This document shows, piece by piece, positions 60,275 to 64,000 of a stretch of DNA of 64,000 nucleotides (within the stretch, counting starts at the first letter, position 1; the number at the start of each line of letters is the position of its first letter). The position numbers were made by a program, and so were the translations under genes. This stretch comes from an uncultured Nitrospiraceae bacterium (GTDB taxonomy: Bacteria; Nitrospirota; Thermodesulfovibrionia; Thermodesulfovibrionales; SM23-35). A model generated the notes under the pieces. It was not told where the DNA came from and did not search any database. It saw only the letters and a list, made by a program, of their open reading frames with translations. Location: contig CAVSHB010000003.1 in NCBI GenBank assembly GCA_963727775.1, positions 96,001 to 160,000 on the forward strand, written 5' to 3'.

Positions 60275-60967
60275 ATGAAACGCGTATATGATAACGAACG
60301 AGGGTTTGCACTGGTGATGGCCTTAATCCTATCTGTCGTTGTCCTTGCAACGGTCTCTGCACTGCTTTACCTTATTATTCAGGGAACTTCTATGTCTGGC
60401 TACCAGAAAAGATATGAGACTTCGCTGGAAAGCGCCAAGGGCGGAGTGGATTTTGTGACAAAAGCGATCATTCCCCTAACCATAGGACAAGTGAGTGCGG
60501 CAGCTTTGACAACAATTGAAGGCACCCTCCAGGGCCAATACAACAACGTCGCGGCCGCATTCCCACTTAATCTGCAGTTTCCATTTACGACCCCCACCTG
60601 CTTATATGCAAAACTGACCCAAACGACGTGGGTTGGCACAACAGATAACTGGCAAGTTGCAGGATGTTCTGCCGACATGGAATCCCAGTCTCTAATCAAG
60701 ACCAACGGCACAGTAGTTTCTGACGTGTCATTTGTGCTTCCCGGTCCCACGACGGCACAGGATTTCATAGTCTATGCGAAAATCGTTGACACGGTATTAG
60801 GCAGTACCTCCACATCCGGGTTGAATTTGGGAGGGAGCGGAGTAGTTGGGTCAGGCGGGTTGTTTTCCGCTGGACCCAATCCCTACATATTCACGATAAA
60901 CATTCAGGCGCAGCGGAAAGCCAATCCCGACGAACAGGCAACTCTTTCGGTACTCTATGCCTATTGA
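60275..60967 (+). CDS. Minor pilin, PilX-like
   Basis: NERG|FALVMAL lacking Glu5, as in the PilX class; start MKRVYD at 60275. Confidence 0.85.
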   Translation: MKRVYDNERGFALVMALILSVVVLATVSALLYLIIQGTSMSGYQKRYETSLESAKGGVDFVTKAIIPLTIGQVSAAALTTIEGTLQGQYNNVAAAFPLNLQFPFTTPTCLYAKLTQTTWVGTTDNWQVAGCSADMESQSLIKTNGTVVSDVSFVLPGPTTAQDFIVYAKIVDTVLGSTSTSGLNLGGSGVVGSGGLFSAGPNPYIFTINIQAQRKANPDEQATLSVLYAY

Positions 60968-60973
60968 CTAGTT

Positions 60974-61741
60974 ATGAACAGTAAGACTGATCATCTTTTT
61001 TTGTTATGGTGCATTCCCTGCTTCATCCTTGTTTTCTGCCTTTGCTCATGCAGCTCTCAAAAAGCGGAGACCGGGAAGACCGCAGACCAGAGCGGCGGCG
61101 GTACAATGTCCAAACCTTTGGAGAGTGCCGGACCGACAGAGGCTGGCTCATTGTCTCCCCCCATAGAAAAGGAAGTGGAGAACGGCCCGGAGGCCTTGTC
61201 AAAAAATGCGCCTAAGGTCGACAAGGCAAGATTTCTGATCGAGCTCGTGAACGGGACCGATCGCTTGAAGGTGGTGGCAGAGGGTAGCGACAAAAATGGG
61301 AACAAGGTTTCTTTAAGATTCCAATGGACAAAAAACGGTGAGCCGGCAGGTGAGGGAGATACAATAAGCGGGTTTAAACGGGGGGACAAGGTATCTGTGA
61401 TGATCACGCCTTTTGACGATCGGGGTAATGGCCTTGCAAGAAGCTTAACAACCGAGATAAAGAATACACCTCCAAGTATCGTTGAGCACCAGGAGACAAA
61501 CTTCGACGGCAAGGTATGGAGCTATCAGGTAAAGGCCACAGACGCTGACGGCGATCCTCTGACCTATTCCCTTAAGTCCGCACCCCCCGGCATGACTATC
61601 GATCCTTCAACAGGATTAATAAAATGGAATGTGCCCCCCGATTTCATGGGGAAAGCTTCATTTGCTGTATCCGTCGCGGATGGACATGGCGGCGAGGCAT
61701 CGCAAGACCTTGCACTCGATATTAAAACGGAGCAGAAGTAA
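60974..61741 (+). CDS. Lipoprotein with cadherin/putative Ig (He_PIG-like) domain
   Basis: Lipobox-like LCSC, NTPP, ATDADGDPLTYSL..APPGMTIDPSTGLIKW, VADGHGG. Confidence 0.8.
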   Translation: MNSKTDHLFLLWCIPCFILVFCLCSCSSQKAETGKTADQSGGGTMSKPLESAGPTEAGSLSPPIEKEVENGPEALSKNAPKVDKARFLIELVNGTDRLKVVAEGSDKNGNKVSLRFQWTKNGEPAGEGDTISGFKRGDKVSVMITPFDDRGNGLARSLTTEIKNTPPSIVEHQETNFDGKVWSYQVKATDADGDPLTYSLKSAPPGMTIDPSTGLIKWNVPPDFMGKASFAVSVADGHGGEASQDLALDIKTEQK

Positions 61742-61800
61742 GAGTAATTATTCCGGCATGTTATCAAGTGCTATGGCTAATTTTAAATAAAAATAATTGA

Positions 61801-62625
61801 TCAATCCTCTTCGACAATAGACTTCTTCAACCACAGCTGCCATTTATCCTTCTCGTCTTTACCATATTGCTCCCCTGTGATATTGCGAAGAGCACGGGCG
61901 GCCCACTCACCGTCTTCGTCAGCCAGCCGTTTGTATAAAAAAGGCGCTGCTCCGAGCGCATATTTTCCCATCTCGCCCATAACCTTTGCGGCCCCGACCC
62001 AAATAGTCGGATCGTCAAGGGCTTCACAGAGAGCAGATAAAGAAATTCTTGCGATACGACGTTTGAGTGCAGCATCACTCGACTTCATAAGATTCTCAAA
62101 AGTACTAATCGCAGCCATTCTTATATTATTGGTTTGATCATTTAGGCTGTGGGCATAAAACTCAATACGTTGATCATCAATCGCAAAAGGCGCTATTTTC
62201 GATAGCGTCTGAAAAGCCATCAGCCGCAATTCCTTCACAGTTTCGCTTTTGTACCTGGCAACTCCTATCAATATCGGCACAGCATATTCGGAAACTATAC
62301 TTAATCTAAGGCGTGCATCCTCACGCGGGGGAGATTGATTATAAAAGAAAAGACAATTTTCAATAGCGACGTCAAAAGTTTTTAATGCACTTTCGCGGAT
62401 CTCGATAGATTCACCATTTGTCACTGTTCTTATAATTGCTTGGGAAATTGCCTTTAAATCACCTTTATCGCTGGAAGTTAAGAAAATAGATTTAAGCTTG
62501 GCAAGAGCATCAACACGCTCGTTATGTGATAACGAACTGTTCCGTAATATTTCAAGCGCATCGATAATTTTAGTATTCTTAGTTGAGACTTCATCCGACT
62601 TAAATAACCTACTAAGGAATCCCAT
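61801..62625 (-). CDS. HEAT-repeat protein
   Basis: IRESALKTF, LNDQTNNIRMAAI, LCEALDD, AARALRNITG; start MGFLSRLF after GGAGG. Confidence 0.75.
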   Translation of the reverse strand: MGFLSRLFKSDEVSTKNTKIIDALEILRNSSLSHNERVDALAKLKSIFLTSSDKGDLKAISQAIIRTVTNGESIEIRESALKTFDVAIENCLFFYNQSPPREDARLRLSIVSEYAVPILIGVARYKSETVKELRLMAFQTLSKIAPFAIDDQRIEFYAHSLNDQTNNIRMAAISTFENLMKSSDAALKRRIARISLSALCEALDDPTIWVGAAKVMGEMGKYALGAAPFLYKRLADEDGEWAARALRNITGEQYGKDEKDKWQLWLKKSIVEED

Positions 62626-62770
62626 TCTTTTGTAGCCTCCTTGTACAGTGAGGAGATAACTCACCATCCTAAACTTACAATTTTTCGCAATTTCTGTCAA
62701 TAAGATGCGGAGAGGCGTCGCAAAGTTTTAACCTCGAAATTAAATCTGAGCAGCAAAACAAATACTCATT

Positions 62771-62852
62771 TCTACAGTTTGCTTTAATTTTTTTAATAGT
62801 GCACAAACCTATCTACAGTTTGCTTTATTTTTTATAATAGTGTACAAAGCTG
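62771..62852. repeat. Two imperfect tandem copies of a ~41-bp AT-rich unit
   Basis: TCTACAGTTTGCTTTAWTTTTT(A)TAATAGTGYACAAA at 62771 and 62812. Confidence 0.8.
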
Positions 62853-62948
62853 TCATTTTTAATTTTTAACAAACAATTCAACAAGTTAATAGGATATCGG
62901 TCGTTTCAAAAATAATGCACTGGCTGAAGAAATAGAGCGAGAAAGAGA

Positions 62949-64000
62949 TTACTTCAGCACCAGGTTGAGTGCTCCTCCTACAAGTAAGGCGAATGGAGTT
63001 ATGAGCACCATCATCAACATCGCGGTTTTTAGTCCCCGCTCTTTGACGATCATAAAGAAGTTTGCCAGACAAGGCACAAATAACGTCAGCGTCACAAGGC
63101 TCACTATCACCTGATTTTCATTCATAAGTCCCTGCCTTGCAAGGTCGAACATCCCGGCAGCGCCGTAGTCTCTGCGGAGAAACCCCATGAGCAGCGCCTC
63201 AGTCGCTTTTGCGGGGAGACCCAAAAAGCTGACGACCAGAGGAGAAGAGACAGCCTCAAGCCAACCGAGGACCTTCATGCGGTCGAGCAGGAAAAGGATT
63301 ACCGTGCCCAATACAAACAAGGGTACAGCTTCCTTTAAGTACCATTCGATCCTGCTGATGGTTTTCATGATAATGTTGCTCATCTTGGGTATCCTCAGCG
63401 GAGGGAGCTCTATGAAAAAATCAGGCTTTTCACCGGGGACGAGCTTCGATGCAAGATAGCCGGCAAGGAAAAGAACGAGGATAATACAACCCGACCACCA
63501 GAGAGTTGCCCTGATGGATAAAGGTCCCAGCATGCCGAAGACCACGCCGAGCTGCGCGGAACAGGGGATTGCCAGTGATATGAGGAATGTTGCAATGACC
63601 TTTTCCCTGTTTGTCTCGAGTATCCTTGTCGACATCGCGGCCATCGTGCCGCAGCCGAGGCCGAGGATCATGGGCAGGATAGCCTTACCGTTAAGCCCGA
63701 GGTATCTGAATGCCCTATCCGAAACCACGGCGAGTCTCGGAAGATAGCCGCTGTCCTCGAGGAAACCAAATGCGAGGAAGAACGTCGTTGTTATCGGAAG
63801 AATAATTCCCAGTGCATACGTTACGGCCATCGTGAATATCCCGTATTGGCCGACAAGCATGTCCTGTATAAACGTAATGGGGATGAGGGACCTTACGGTT
63901 TTTACTAAAGCAGGGCTTAGATATTTATTGAAAAGGACCTTTTCGATAAAGTCCACGAGTGTGCCTGCTCCGAACTTTCCGACAAATTCATAAAAACCGA
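62949..64000 (-). CDS. feoB: Ferrous iron transporter FeoB, C-terminal part (5' end outside the window)
   Basis: LEDSGYLPRLA, GLNGKAILPMILGLGC, IPCSAQ, FFIELPPLRIP, LFVPC. Confidence 0.93.
   Translation of the reverse strand, partial: GFYEFVGKFGAGTLVDFIEKVLFNKYLSPALVKTVRSLIPITFIQDMLVGQYGIFTMAVTYALGIILPITTTFFLAFGFLEDSGYLPRLAVVSDRAFRYLGLNGKAILPMILGLGCGTMAAMSTRILETNREKVIATFLISLAIPCSAQLGVVFGMLGPLSIRATLWWSGCIILVLFLAGYLASKLVPGEKPDFFIELPPLRIPKMSNIIMKTISRIEWYLKEAVPLFVLGTVILFLLDRMKVLGWLEAVSSPLVVSFLGLPAKATEALLMGFLRRDYGAAGMFDLARQGLMNENQVIVSLVTLTLFVPCLANFFMIVKERGLKTAMLMMVLITPFALLVGGALNLVLK

Noticed and set aside
62771..62852. Mini-CRISPR
   Set aside because: Only two abutting copies, no spacer and no cas genes

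Overview
Bacterial chromosomal window; gene content and order suggest an anaerobic Nitrospirota/Deltaproteobacteria-like organism (inference). Housekeeping blocks: folP-ftsH-rph-murI-GerMN-amidase; UvrD-MurC-DsrE; yajC-secD-secF-recJ; mlaA; purL-purB; rpsB-tsf-pyrH-frr-dksA; hemC-hemA-ccsA; a sigma54-type type IV pilus pilY1/minor-pilin cluster; partial feoB. About 20 kb (7016-27343) is a composite accessory island. Its left edge is a tmRNA 3' fragment and its right edge is a promoter-bearing 5' half of tRNA-Sec, so the two ends come from different integration loci. The island holds phage terminase-small-subunit remnants, two IS110/IS1111 elements, and a 6 kb tyrosine-integrase element at a tRNA-Glu-type att core carrying an FRG protein, a stand-alone class III nucleotidyl cyclase and an IS256. 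It also holds a 3.4 kb segment with IS21-like ends and no transposase, carrying ssb, two tandem rod-shaped 6S-like non-coding units and a Sel1-repeat protein; this is the most unusual signal. Outside the island are four copies of a structured ~140-160 nt repeat with compensatory stem changes (one hit precisely by an IS200), repeat-derived in-frame insertions in purL and hemC, and a frameshifted rph. All calls come from reading motifs by eye; no searches were run.
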